Positions 11,584-23,168 of a stretch of 64,000 nt of DNA are shown here, in pieces. The stretch comes from Piromyces finnis finn (taxonomy: Eukaryota; Fungi; Neocallimastigomycota), in assembly GCA_002104945.1 (NCBI GenBank), contig MCFH01000011.1:868001-932000 (forward strand), read 5' to 3'. Below the pieces are notes generated by a model that had not been told where the DNA came from, did not search any database, and saw only the letters and a program-made list of their open reading frames with translations. Each line of letters begins with the position of its first letter. Position 1 is the stretch's first letter. A program made the translations under genes and the position numbers.

Positions 11584-14500
11584 TTAATTGGATTGATGAA
11601 TAAAAAGTTTATTTTCATTAAGAGCACAAAGGTAATTTGAATCCTTTATGGTACATACATCAACATCTAAAATAGGCCCTTCTTCATAGGACTGTATTTC
11701 CTGACAAAGAGAATGAACCCCTAAAGAATTTTCATCATTCCAACTAATTTGCCATATACATATCTTTTATTGTAAAAATGATAATTAGTAAATGAAACTA
11801 TTTATTATTATTATTATTATTATTTTACTTTATAAATAATTAAAATTAATGTTAGCATTTATTATTTCATTTGATGATAACTTTACCGATTTTGCATGGA
11901 CATCACTTACAATAGCATAACAATTATCAGTATTAAGTTGAGTATACAATGCTGCTTTAGTAATTAGATTTTGTTCATTACGTGCAACAATACTATGACG
12001 TTTTTTGAAAAGGCTATCGGGGTCATAATTTAGGTAGCCAATGGTATATACAGTAGCAAATTTATTAGCTATGGGTGTACCTTTTCGAGAAGTGACAATA
12101 CATTGGTTTGAATGAATATCATAATTTAAAGAAGTAATGGAAGCTTTTTTTTTTTTTAAAAAAAAAAAATAAAATAAAATAAAAAAGTTAATAAATCTCA
12201 TGAATATAAATAATTAATGTATGATATATAAAAGTAATATGTAAATAATATATATTATTTAAAGTATAAGTATATAAATGAATATATTGAAAAAAAAAAT
12301 TACTATGTTCTTCATTCCAACTTAAAAAAGAGTAATTTTTGTTACTAGTGGTTAAAAATTTTGTATTGTCCGAAGACGGTAGATGATATTGATCACTATT
12401 CATATTTCCTTTTCCATCCAATGGGCTACTTGCAATATCTGATAAAGAATTATCTCTATAGGACGGAATATTACTGGTTGGTGGTTCATTTGGATTAGCA
12501 TGAAGATTTGTATTTTCAAAAAAAGTATCAGAAGGTGTATTATCAACCAGTGATGGTTGATGATTTCGTTTACAAAAAAATATTTCATCAAGAGAGGCTC
12601 CCAGTATACCATCATAACATTCGCTTAATTGTGAATTAAAAGTCTTTGTTTCTTGTTTTGATATATAAAATAAGGAATGTACAGGTTTTCCTTTAATATG
12701 ACTTTCATTTGAACTTGAAATGATATCTAATGGCTTATTTAACTGACGAAGATCATAGGTATTGATTTGATTATTTGATAAACCAACAAAGAATTTATTT
12801 TCATCTTTCTTTGACCCTTTGAAATTTATATATTTATTATTTATTATATATACAAAAAAAGTTTATTTTTTAAACCATGTGATATAATTAACATCATTAT
12901 TAACTATAATTATCATGTTTTTTTTCTAAAAAAAAAAAAAAATTGAAATACATACAACAACAACTCCAACTTGGAGAATCCACATTAACCCTAATAATAT
13001 TAATAATATTATTTTAACATAAATGAGAATTATATAGGCATTCATTTTTATTATTATAGTAAATATCTTTGTTTAGAATACATCAAGAATACTTACGATG
13101 ATATTATATTCTTTTTATTAGCTGAATAAAGTTTAACGGTTCTATCCATTGAAGCTGTTAACAAGATATCTTTATAGGTATTATACTTTAAATCCTTAAT
13201 TTGTCTTTTATGAAGATTGATATAATCTACGGCCATATTAGTTTCAAGATTTATACCAAGAACCCCATGTTCATCTATACTTTTACTTTTTGTTACTATT
13301 GTTAAATTTTAATTTTGTGTAATTTTAAGATATAAATTAATAAATTATATTTTTGTGATAATGATATTAATATTGTTATATAATTCTTATATGTACCATA
13401 TATTATATTATCTTTGTTATTGAAAGTAAATACTTTTGAAATATTACGCTAAATATATATATATATATATTTATAATAGTAAGTTTTTTTTTTTTAAAAA
13501 AAAAAAAAAAAGGATAAAAAGAAATAATTTTAAAATTCAATTTCTTTACATTTTATTATTTTTGAATTATAATTTTATAATTATTAATTTAGTACACCTA
13601 CTTTATTAGAAATTTTCCAGGTTGATATTAAAGAAAATTTTTTCATTAGATAGTTTTGTTGTTGAGGATTCCAACGAAGTTTTCGTAATTGACTTTCATA
13701 ACTTTGAATTGCAATTTTTGTATCTTTTACCTCTTGCAATATATTGTTATAACTTTCTATTACACTATTATATTCTTTTTGAGTTTCTAATTTCTGCCGC
13801 TTAACTGCCTTATAATCTTCTTTTTCTTTTTCTAATTCTTTTTCATCAATTATCATATACTTTGAATAAACTGGGTATATTTCTTTTATACTAGCAAATT
13901 TACTATAAAAAAAAAAAAAAAAAAAGATTTGTATATTAATATAGATAAGAAATATTTATATTAATATAAAAATAAATGAAATTTTATATATATATATATT
14001 TTTTTTTTTAAAAAAAAGAAAGAATTGATGCTTACCCACAAATTGGACATCTTGTTTGGTTGTCTTTATGTTTTGTATTAAGCCATTCTTTGATACAACT
14101 GTTAGGTGTATATATAAATTTATTATTAAAAAATTAAAGTAATAAGATTTTGAAATTTATTTTATTAAATACCATTTTCCAAAGACATGGCCACCTATTA
14201 ATTTAATATTTATATTTGTATATTATATAATTATTCCAATAGGAATATAGAGTTAATATAATAATTAAACGCTATTATAATTATAATAATTAAAAATAAT
14301 ATATAATGATAAAAAATTAAAAAAATACATTTCAAAGAAGAAATCTGATGTTCTCCGGTCGAATTTAAAGGTCTAAAACATATTATACAATCTTCAGTCT
14401 ATAAAGCATTTAATAAGAGAATTGCATATGTACGACATATAATTATTATAGAAAATTATGAAATTTCAACATTTTATTATTAATATTACAATTATATATA

Positions 14501-14661
14501 TTTAAAATAAAATATGTCCATTAAGAATAAAATAAAAAATTTATTTATTTTTTTACAATTTCATCTGTATATTGATCTTCCTCTTTCTCTTCTTCGTTAT
14601 CTTTTTCTTCCTTCTTTTTTATATTTTTTTCTTGTTGAAAAATTTCACATTCCAATGACAT
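11584..14661 (-). CDS. RFWD3: RFWD3-like RING finger/coiled-coil/WD40 E3 ubiquitin ligase, multi-exon (internal exon limits not all resolved)
   Basis: Spliced micro-exons give CIICFRPLNSTGEHQISSLKCGHVFGKCCIKEWL..RCPICGKFASIKEIYPVY, the RFWD3-type RING. Coiled coil at 13584-13856. Last exon ICIWQISW..GPILDVDVCTIKDSNYLCALNENKLFIHQSN* resembles the RFWD3 C-terminus. ATG at 14661. Confidence 0.8.
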
Positions 14662-16007
14662 TTCGAATTAATTTTTACATTAAAATAAAATAATTATATG
14701 AAAAAAAAAAAAAAAAAAAAAAGATATTTAAATTATTTTCATTGTAATTTTATTGCCAAAGAAATAATTATATTTCTAAGACTTTCAGGTTGTATGAAAT
14801 ATATTTGAATTTTTATAATAATTAAAGTTAATTATAAAATTTTGATTTTTTAAAATTTTTAAAAGTATAAAAAACGGCAAAAAAATTTATCCTAATGATT
14901 TATATAATCATTTACATTGTATAATTATAAATAAGAGTTAATAAGAGTATGTATAGCATTGATAAAAATCTATTTTTATAAACGATGATTAAAACATAGA
15001 TGCTTTAGCATTCTATAACAATTATTGAAAAGATATTTAAAAATTATTTTAAGGTCTAACATATTATCTCCACAGTTTTAATATTACTCTATTACTTCTT
15101 AAATATTTATTAAGAGAAGAGTCGATCGCTTTATTCAACTGTTGAAAAAACTATTATTTATATAATTTTATTTATATAATTATTGTTAAGTGAAAAGGGC
15201 AATTTTATATATGAAAATATAGAAAATGAAATTTTTATATGAATTGATATTGATATAAAAATAATATGTGACTTGAACATATTATTATATTAGTAATTTT
15301 TCCTAATATTAAATTTATATAGTTTTATTATAATATTAATTATTTCTACAATGTATAAGAATATAATGTAAATGTATGACAAATGTAATATCATTTAATG
15401 TAAAAGAATAATGTAAATGAATGATCCATATAGTTCTAGCCTTATAATTGGACAATTAATTATTAAGTAAGCCTCATTAGTATAAATAGACTAGAATAAA
15501 TATTATTAAAAAGGGCTTCTTGTTTTAGTTAGAATTTTAATATTTGACAAAGACAGAATGTTTTAGTATTTAGACAGAATAGAAATATTGGAACGTTATA
15601 AATAAAATTATTAATAAAATATATATTATTTAAAATTTAATTCTTTCTACAAAAATAAGTTTTTATATAAATATTATTATATAAAAACTTACTTTTGTCT
15701 TTTAATTATTATTATGTATTCTAAATATTAATTATATTAACTATTATTAAAATTTAACTTATTATTAATATTCTAAGTCTTCTTATTTTGTACTAAAAAA
15801 TATTATTCTTTATATTAAAAATTATTTTTATAATTTAACCCAATCAAATATATAAATTTATAAAATATTTGATTTTATGTAAATTATATTTTTATAATAA
15901 ACTATATAAAATTATTTAATAATTATTTTTCTATAATAAAACCTTTTACTAATATCAAATTTATAATATATTTATAATTATTATTTATAAATGTTGATAA
16001 ATAATAA

Positions 16008-16415
16008 TTAAATACAATCGATGATAAGGACATCGAAAACCTTATTTATGCATTCAAGAGAAAAAGTTCTGAAGAAAGAGATGAAAGTGAAGATGAGGAT
16101 CACGTGACTCAGTCGAAGAAAAAGAAACTTCGAGAAAATCCATTACCAATACACACAAAGGCCACTCAGATGAAGGAACAGCAAGAGATTCGAAATGAGA
16201 AAAATTCAAATTTCCATACCACTATTTCCCGCCTGGACATCTTAGACCCTTCGGTTATTGCAGGCAAGAATATTTCCTCTGCTAAGATGAAAAATAAAGA
16301 AGCCAGAAATAAAAGAAGAATTGGTCCGGATATACCAAGTAAACAGGACGAATTAGAAGAAGTTATAGATAGCAAAAAGTCACCCAAAAGCAACTATTAT
16401 GACTTCCTACGTTCT
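16008..16415 (+). pseudogene. Host retroelement relic X, left half (gag-like region) interrupted by insertions
   Basis: Frame is open from 16008 with no ATG and ends ...YYDFLRS at the A-element TSD. It continues in frame at 29013-29016 + 43338. Confidence 0.75.
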
Positions 16416-16824
16416 TGTAAAGAACTAATGTTCAATAAATAAAAACACAAATATATAAAAAGGAAAATAATAAAAGCAAATAAAAATTTTATTATTGAAC
16501 ACTTAACAAAATTATAACAGGTTAGTGTTTAATAATTTTATTTTTATTATAAAATTTTTTTGTTAATAAAAACTCGAATTAAAAATAATTTTTTGAGAAA
16601 TTTCACTCGTATTTATATAAAAATTTTTAAAAGTAAATTTATAAAAATTTTACAACTTAATTTTTTAAGCCAATCAGAAATTATCTTCTTTGGTAAAATT
16701 TCGTTATAAAATATTTTAATAATTAAAAAAAAGATATTAATGAGGTTTCGAACTCGAGTAGTTCAAACCAAGGTCTTAGTTACTAACCACTAAGACAGGT
16801 TACTAATTTCTATGATTCGTTACA
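16416..16824 (-). repeat. Family A 3' LTR (409 bp; 361-bp internal deletion)
   Basis: Same termini as the 770-bp LTRs. Deletion junction at GTTAT microhomology. Confidence 0.93.
16725..16804 (-). promoter_or_regulatory. tRNA-like Pol III module in U3 of the family A LTR (also present in the other two LTRs)
   Basis: A-box-like TGTCTTAGTGG (16797-16787), B-box GTTCGAAAC (16753-16745) 44 nt downstream, and T8 (16732-16725). Confidence 0.5.
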
Positions 16825-16923
16825 TGGTCCTCCTCCAGGATTCGGATACCAGACGAATCAACTAAATTTATTTGTTACTTTATTATAAGAGAAATAATTG
16901 AAACGAGTGAATACATTTTGAAA

Positions 16924-16954
<31 letters not shown>

Positions 16955-17023
16955 TGAATATTAAATTATAAATATATTTTTTCATTTTTTATTTTCTATT
17001 CTCTTTTTCTCTTATCAATTACT

Positions 17024-17068
<45 letters not shown>

Positions 17069-17077
17069 TAACTATTA

Positions 17078-20000
17078 CTAATGTGAATTATTAAAGTTTT
17101 TAATTAGTTCATCGCAGTTTAAATTACTTTCAGGTTCCCAAGATGCTTCTGAAAGCGGATAACCTTTCCATTTTATTAGATATTGAATCTTCCCATAATG
17201 CTTTCTTTTATCAAGTATTTCTTCTACTTCGTATTCTTCTTTTTCATTTACTATTATAGGTGGAGGTGGATCTTTGATTCTTCCAAAACTATCTTCATAA
17301 TACGGTTCTAGGTTTGAAACATGAACAATTGGGTAAATCTTCAGCGATTTTGGTAATTCTAATTTATAAGTGAGATTAGAGATTTTACTAATTATCCTAA
17401 ACGGGCCAAGTTTCCTAGGATTAAATTTTTTATTTCCTTTATGAATTATCAAGGAGCTATCCAACCATACTTTGTCACCAGTCTTGAATGTCGGAGGTTC
17501 TTGTCTATACTTGTCGGCGTATTTCTTTTGAACTTGGATGGCCTTCTTTAAGTTTTCTTTTAGTTTCTCCATTAGGTCTTCAAAGTCTCTTGTAAATTCT
17601 TCAGCTCTTGGAACATTCGTTTGGTCAGGAATTACCGGAGAGTATTTTGGGTGATAACCATAATTTAGGAAGAATGGTGAGAATTTTGTTGAGTCTTGAA
17701 CAGCATTATTGTAACTGAATTCTGCCAATGGAAGAAAGTTGATCCAATTTGTTCCTTTATAATTAGAAAAGCATCTTAAATATTGTTCAACAACGGAGTT
17801 TACCCTCTCCGTTTGGCCATTGGATTGATGATGATATGGTGAAGAATATTTAACATTGACGTCCAAAGATTGGCAAATAGATTTCCAAAATTTCGAAGTG
17901 AATTGCGCGCCTCTATCGGAAATAATTTCAGAGGGGAGACCGTGAATTTTGAAAATATAATTCAAAAAAGCAAAAGCAGTATCAGAAGCAGAAGGAATAC
18001 CTTTAAAGGGAATGAGGTGGCACATTTTAGTAAGGCGGTCAACTACAACAAGAATAGTGTTAAATCCATCAGAAGGAGGGAGGTCAGTAATGAAATCCAT
18101 AGAAATAGAAGCCCAAGGATGGTCACTAATCTCAAGGGGTTGAAGTAAACCATATGGTTTATGACGAGAAGGCTTGGAGCGGCAACAAATCTCACAAGAT
18201 CGGATATAATTCTTAACATCAATAGAAATGGATGGCCACCAAAAGTCACGAGAGATCAAAGAAATAGTTTTGCGGATACCAAAATGACCGGCAGAGGGGG
18301 AATCATGACAGAGTTTCAAAACGGAGGGACGGCATTTTAAAGGGACATAGATTCTATTATCAAAAAGAAGAAAACTATTACTAAGAGAGAATTTATTACT
18401 TTGTGGATGTGGAGCTGGGAGATTCTTATTTTCAAGAAAATTGCAAATGTCAATGTAAAAAGAGTCGTTCACATATTCAGATAATATTTCATCATTAAGA
18501 GAAGAAATGGAACAAATCAAAGCGCAGAAATTCTCAGGGCGTAAAACCGAAAAAGGAGCATCAGAAGGAAGAGAGGAATCTATATAATCAGGTCTTCGTG
18601 AAAGCGCATCAGGTTTACCATTTGATGAACCAGAGCGGTAGAGAATTTTAAAGTTAAATTCGGAAAGGAAAAGGGCCCAACGAACGAGACGTTGTGACAT
18701 TTTTTCCGGTTTCTTTTGATATAGTAAGTTTCGATGATCTGAATAAATAGTAAACGGGGTTAAAGCACCTTTGAGAAAATGTCGCCAAGTCTCAAGAGCA
18801 TTAACAATAGCTAAAAGTTCTTTATCGTATATAGGATAGTTTCTTTCAGCGGAAGTAAGAGATCTTGAATAGAAAGCGACAGGATGGATCATTTTATCAT
18901 CAGGAGATTTTTGAGACAGAACTGCTCCTATAGCAAAGTTGCTAGAGTCGGTTTCAACAATAAAGGGAAGATCACGATTTGGATGAGACAGGATGGGAGC
19001 AGATGAAATTAATGATTTAATGGTATTAAATGCATCAAGAGCTTCAGAGGAAAAATCAAATTTAACGTTTTTACGAAGTAGTCTGTGAAGGGGTTGTGCA
19101 ACTTTGGCAAAATTAGGAATAAACCGACGATAGTAGTTGGCTAGGCCAATAAAAGATTGAACTTCCTTGACACTGGACGGAACTGGCCAATTAATAATAG
19201 CAGAAACTTTATTGGGGTCCATATGTATACCTTCAGAGGATATACGATGACCAAGGAAATCAATAGAGGAAACAAAGAATTCACACTTTTCAAGCTTAGC
19301 ATAAAGACCAGCATTTCTTAAGCGATCCAGGACTTCGATAACGTGCTTAATGTGGGATTTATGGTTTTCAGAAAAAATAATTAAATCGTCAATATATGAA
19401 TAAACAAAAATCCCTAGAATATTTTCCAGAACATCATTGATAAAATGCTGAAAAACAGCCGGGGCGTTTTTCTGTCCGAATAGCATTACCAGATATTCAA
19501 AGTGGCCGAATTTGCAGGTGAAAGCTGTTTTATATTCATCACCCTTTTTGATTCGGACCAAGTTATATGCTGATCGTAAATCCAATTTTGAGAAGATTTT
19601 CGCTTTACCAAGATGCTCTAGCATATCTTGAATCAGAGGTAGAGGATAGGAATCTCTAATGGTAATTTTGTTGAGTTCCCTATAATCTTGACAAAGACGG
19701 AGTTCACCATTCTTTTTAGGAACGAAAAGTACAGGCGCACCAGCAGGAGATTTGGATTTCCTAATGAAACCCTTTTTGAGGTTTTCATCGATATAATCCT
19801 TCAAAACTCTTGTTTCTTCGTCTGTTAGTGGGTAGATTGGTCCATAAAATAGCTTGGCATTTTCGATTAGGTTTATTTGGCAATCATAAGGACGATGAGG
19901 TGGTAATTGATCAGCAGAAGATTCGCTAAAGACGTCCATATATGATTCTAATTCCTTCGGAAGTTTAGTAATAGGATTTGAGTCTTTAAGAGAGTTTTTT

Positions 20001-21442
20001 GGTGAATAAGTGTCAACTTTAGAAAGAGATATATTAGAAGCCATGACAGTACAAGTCTCTTGTGATAAAGGATCGTTAACAGATTCATTGTTAATTAAGA
20101 CAGATTTAGAATGATTTTCTTTGGGATTACGAGAATGAGATAACTTAGAATTTGAAAAAGAAGATTTAGATTTGTCAATAAAAATAGGCAAAGAAACGGA
20201 AGAAGGGTTATTGCAATCAGTAGAAAAAACAGAAGTTTCCTGATGGAATTCGGGAACATTCGAAGGGAGAGTCATACAATGATCCAAGCAATATGAAGAA
20301 CCAAAGGATAATTTATTATTTTCAAAGTCAATACTTGGATTATGTTCCTTAAGCCAACGTAGACCTAGAATACAAGGATATACAGGTAGATCAGTAACGT
20401 AAAAGACAGTACGGCATAGGTGATCCATGTAGCGAAGATTAAGAGGTGGAGTAACTCCGAACAGTTTTTGGCTACCACCAATACCGAATACGTTGGGTAA
20501 ATCTTCTTCATAGTGGTAGGGAATATTGTGATCGTTGCAATAGTCGACATCTATTAGATTAAGTGTAGAACCGGAGTCTATAAGAATTTTTGTGTCTAGT
20601 TCAAACGATAATTTAAAATCTGAGGTTACCCTATCTTGTTGATTTTTCTTGGAATTGGTAGAATTATTTTGTAGAGAAACTAAAGATTCGAATGCTGAGT
20701 TTTTATTTCTTCTCTTATGACAATCTTTCAGTTGGTGTCCTGGAGATCCACAATAGACACATAAGTTTTCCTTACTTCTTCTTTCTTTTTCTTCCTTGGA
20801 TAACGGACCAAAGTATCTTTTCTTCTTGGGATGTTCGTTTAGATTTGTGGAAGCCTTTCTGGAGCCATTGCTGGAATTAGAACTTGGTCCCTTAGAATTT
20901 TTGTCAAAAAATAATCCCCTGGTAGCAAGTCTGGAGTCTATTCTAGCTGCAATAGTTTGGAGGGAAAACAAATCTCTTGGTCCTGGGAACATCTCTAATA
21001 TCTTCATTGCAACTTCTTGGTTGAGCCCAGCGATAAAAGCATCCATCTTAGCCTCTTCATTCCAGTTAGATTCATCAGAGTATTTGTTAAATTCAAGGAT
21101 GTATCCTCTGATGCCGCCCAAACGATGTTGCTTGAGAGTACGTAGCATTTGATTGGCTACGTAGACTGCATCATTGTTCCCATAGAACGCCTTTAGTCTT
21201 TCCTTGAATGCTTGGTAGTTGGTCAGACATGGATCATGGTTGTCAATAAGCGTAGCGGCCCAATTTAATGCATTTCCATAAAGGCGAGAAATCAGGTAGA
21301 TAACCTTGCTCTCTTCATCTTGATATCTTTCGGGATAAAGGAGAAAAACCAGTTCTATTTTGGCTAAGAAACCTTTGAGATATTTTCTGTCTCCTGCGAA
21401 ACCGTCTTTTAGTGAGGCGTTATCAAATATTTGTCCTTCCAT
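17078..21442 (-). CDS. Gag-Pol polyprotein, family A copy 1 (Gag, Zn knuckle, PR, RT, RNase H, IN, chromodomain), 1454 aa
   Basis: CVYCGSPGHQLKDC, LIDSGS, YIDD, TDSS/ELLAI/DH, HHCC + DDE integrase, GPF, chromodomain YEVEEILD..YLIKWKGY..SWEP. Confidence 0.97.
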   Translation of the reverse strand: MEGQIFDNASLKDGFAGDRKYLKGFLAKIELVFLLYPERYQDEESKVIYLISRLYGNALNWAATLIDNHDPCLTNYQAFKERLKAFYGNNDAVYVANQMLRTLKQHRLGGIRGYILEFNKYSDESNWNEEAKMDAFIAGLNQEVAMKILEMFPGPRDLFSLQTIAARIDSRLATRGLFFDKNSKGPSSNSSNGSRKASTNLNEHPKKKRYFGPLSKEEKERRSKENLCVYCGSPGHQLKDCHKRRNKNSAFESLVSLQNNSTNSKKNQQDRVTSDFKLSFELDTKILIDSGSTLNLIDVDYCNDHNIPYHYEEDLPNVFGIGGSQKLFGVTPPLNLRYMDHLCRTVFYVTDLPVYPCILGLRWLKEHNPSIDFENNKLSFGSSYCLDHCMTLPSNVPEFHQETSVFSTDCNNPSSVSLPIFIDKSKSSFSNSKLSHSRNPKENHSKSVLINNESVNDPLSQETCTVMASNISLSKVDTYSPKNSLKDSNPITKLPKELESYMDVFSESSADQLPPHRPYDCQINLIENAKLFYGPIYPLTDEETRVLKDYIDENLKKGFIRKSKSPAGAPVLFVPKKNGELRLCQDYRELNKITIRDSYPLPLIQDMLEHLGKAKIFSKLDLRSAYNLVRIKKGDEYKTAFTCKFGHFEYLVMLFGQKNAPAVFQHFINDVLENILGIFVYSYIDDLIIFSENHKSHIKHVIEVLDRLRNAGLYAKLEKCEFFVSSIDFLGHRISSEGIHMDPNKVSAIINWPVPSSVKEVQSFIGLANYYRRFIPNFAKVAQPLHRLLRKNVKFDFSSEALDAFNTIKSLISSAPILSHPNRDLPFIVETDSSNFAIGAVLSQKSPDDKMIHPVAFYSRSLTSAERNYPIYDKELLAIVNALETWRHFLKGALTPFTIYSDHRNLLYQKKPEKMSQRLVRWALFLSEFNFKILYRSGSSNGKPDALSRRPDYIDSSLPSDAPFSVLRPENFCALICSISSLNDEILSEYVNDSFYIDICNFLENKNLPAPHPQSNKFSLSNSFLLFDNRIYVPLKCRPSVLKLCHDSPSAGHFGIRKTISLISRDFWWPSISIDVKNYIRSCEICCRSKPSRHKPYGLLQPLEISDHPWASISMDFITDLPPSDGFNTILVVVDRLTKMCHLIPFKGIPSASDTAFAFLNYIFKIHGLPSEIISDRGAQFTSKFWKSICQSLDVNVKYSSPYHHQSNGQTERVNSVVEQYLRCFSNYKGTNWINFLPLAEFSYNNAVQDSTKFSPFFLNYGYHPKYSPVIPDQTNVPRAEEFTRDFEDLMEKLKENLKKAIQVQKKYADKYRQEPPTFKTGDKVWLDSSLIIHKGNKKFNPRKLGPFRIISKISNLTYKLELPKSLKIYPIVHVSNLEPYYEDSFGRIKDPPPPIIVNEKEEYEVEEILDKRKHYGKIQYLIKWKGYPLSEASWEPESNLNCDELIKNFNNSH

Positions 21443-22146
21443 TAGAATTAAAAAATATAATTGTTTGAAAATAAAAATTATGTAAATAAGATAAAGTTAT
21501 GTTTGAAGAAATTAAGAAGGAAAAAAAAAAAATTAAATCTTTATTATTATTTATTGATTAAAATATTTTAAATATAGACAAAGAGTCAAATTAAATAGTA
21601 TTGGACCATCAAATATTTAATTTTATTAGTATTCAATACTAGGTCCCTTGTAGCTCTTTGTTGATAACGTAGATATTATCAATTGTTAATATTGGAAATG
21701 AAAATTTTCAATAAAAGGAATTAACGGTATTAGTTTCTTTATTGTCACTTACTTAATTAAGCGGAAAGAAAAAAATAGGTTTAATTCCCCGATTATTAAT
21801 AATATCTAAACAACAAAGTATTACGTATAGGTGTCCAACTATCCACGCTAAGGGAGTTATTGAATCCTAACTTCTTTGTTATTTTATTATATTTTTCAAA
21901 AAATAATAAATAAAATTTAATTTTATTTATTAAAAGTAGAAAACGTTTTATTAGAAAATGAATTTTTTCTTTATTATTAAATTAAGCGTCCTGGCGCTCC
22001 CCTTATAATAACTGTGGGTTTTACTTTTGTTTTCAGTACCCTTATTGTTAAAATAAGCTTCACTGACTTACTTAATTTTTTAATAAATTAAAAATTCTTC
22101 CTTTTTTAAACACTAAGGTGTTATTATATATTTTAGGAGTTTTTAT

Positions 22147-22916
22147 TGTAAAGAACTAATGTTCAATAAATAAAAACACAAATATATAAAAAGGAAAATA
22201 ATAAAAGCAAATAAAAATTTTATTATTGAACACTTAACAAAATTATAACAGGTTAGTGTTTAATAATTTTATTTTTATTATAAAATTTTTTTGTTAATAA
22301 AAACTCGAATTAAAAATAATTTTTTGAGAAATTTCACTCGTATTTATATAAAAATTTTTAAAAGTAAATTTATAAAAATTTTACAACTTAATTTTTTAAG
22401 CCAATCAGAAATTATCTTCTTTGGTAAAATTTCGTTATTTTTATGATTAAATATTATTATTATAATATTTTATATAACACCAACACTTTATAAATAAATA
22501 TTTGTATAATATGTATATATATTATTTTATATTTATTTATTATTATTTATTTATTAATATTTGTTATTAATATTTATTATTATTTAATACAAGTTATTTA
22601 ATAATGTCTTTTCTTATATTATGAAAAGAACTACATTTTAATAATAGTAAAAAATATATATTTATATAATATTAAATAAAATTATACTTTTCATATAATT
22701 AATTTAATTAATACATAAAAATTTAAATAATATATAATTATATAATTAATTAATAGTAAATAAAATATAAAATTATTTCATTATAATTTTAACAGTTATA
22801 AAATATTTTAATAATTAAAAAAAAGATATTAATGAGGTTTCGAACTCGAGTAGTTCAAACCAAGGTCTTAGTTACTAACCACTAAGACAGGTTACTAATT
22901 TCTATGATTCGTTACA
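22147..22916 (-). repeat. Family A shared middle LTR (770 bp)
   Basis: PBS on one side and PPT on the other. No TSD. Confidence 0.95.
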
Positions 22917-23015
22917 TGGTCCTCCTCCAGGATTCGGATACCAGACGAATCAACTAAATTTATTTGTTACTTTATTATAAGAGAAATAATTGAAACGAGT
23001 GAATACATTTTGAAA

Positions 23016-23046
<31 letters not shown>

Positions 23047-23115
23047 TGAATATTAAATTATAAATATATTTTTTCATTTTTTATTTTCTATTCTCTTTTT
23101 CTCTTATCAATTACT

Positions 23116-23159
<44 letters not shown>

Positions 23160-23168
23160 TAACTATTA

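Noticed and set aside
15350-15600. Possible 5' LTR of relic X
   Set aside because: It has a TATA-like box and a CGTTATA end, but no partner LTR, TSD or PBS could be shown.
16104-16442. 112-aa stand-alone gene
   Set aside because: Its last residues (CKELMFNK) come from the A LTR. The true frame continues at 43338.
16738-16804. Functional tRNA gene
   Set aside because: Acceptor, D and anticodon stems do not pair. Kept only as a tRNA-like promoter module.
16845-16851. TGGTATC (minus strand) as a tRNA-iMet PBS
   Set aside because: Only 7 nt and located next to the PPT, not after the 5' LTR.
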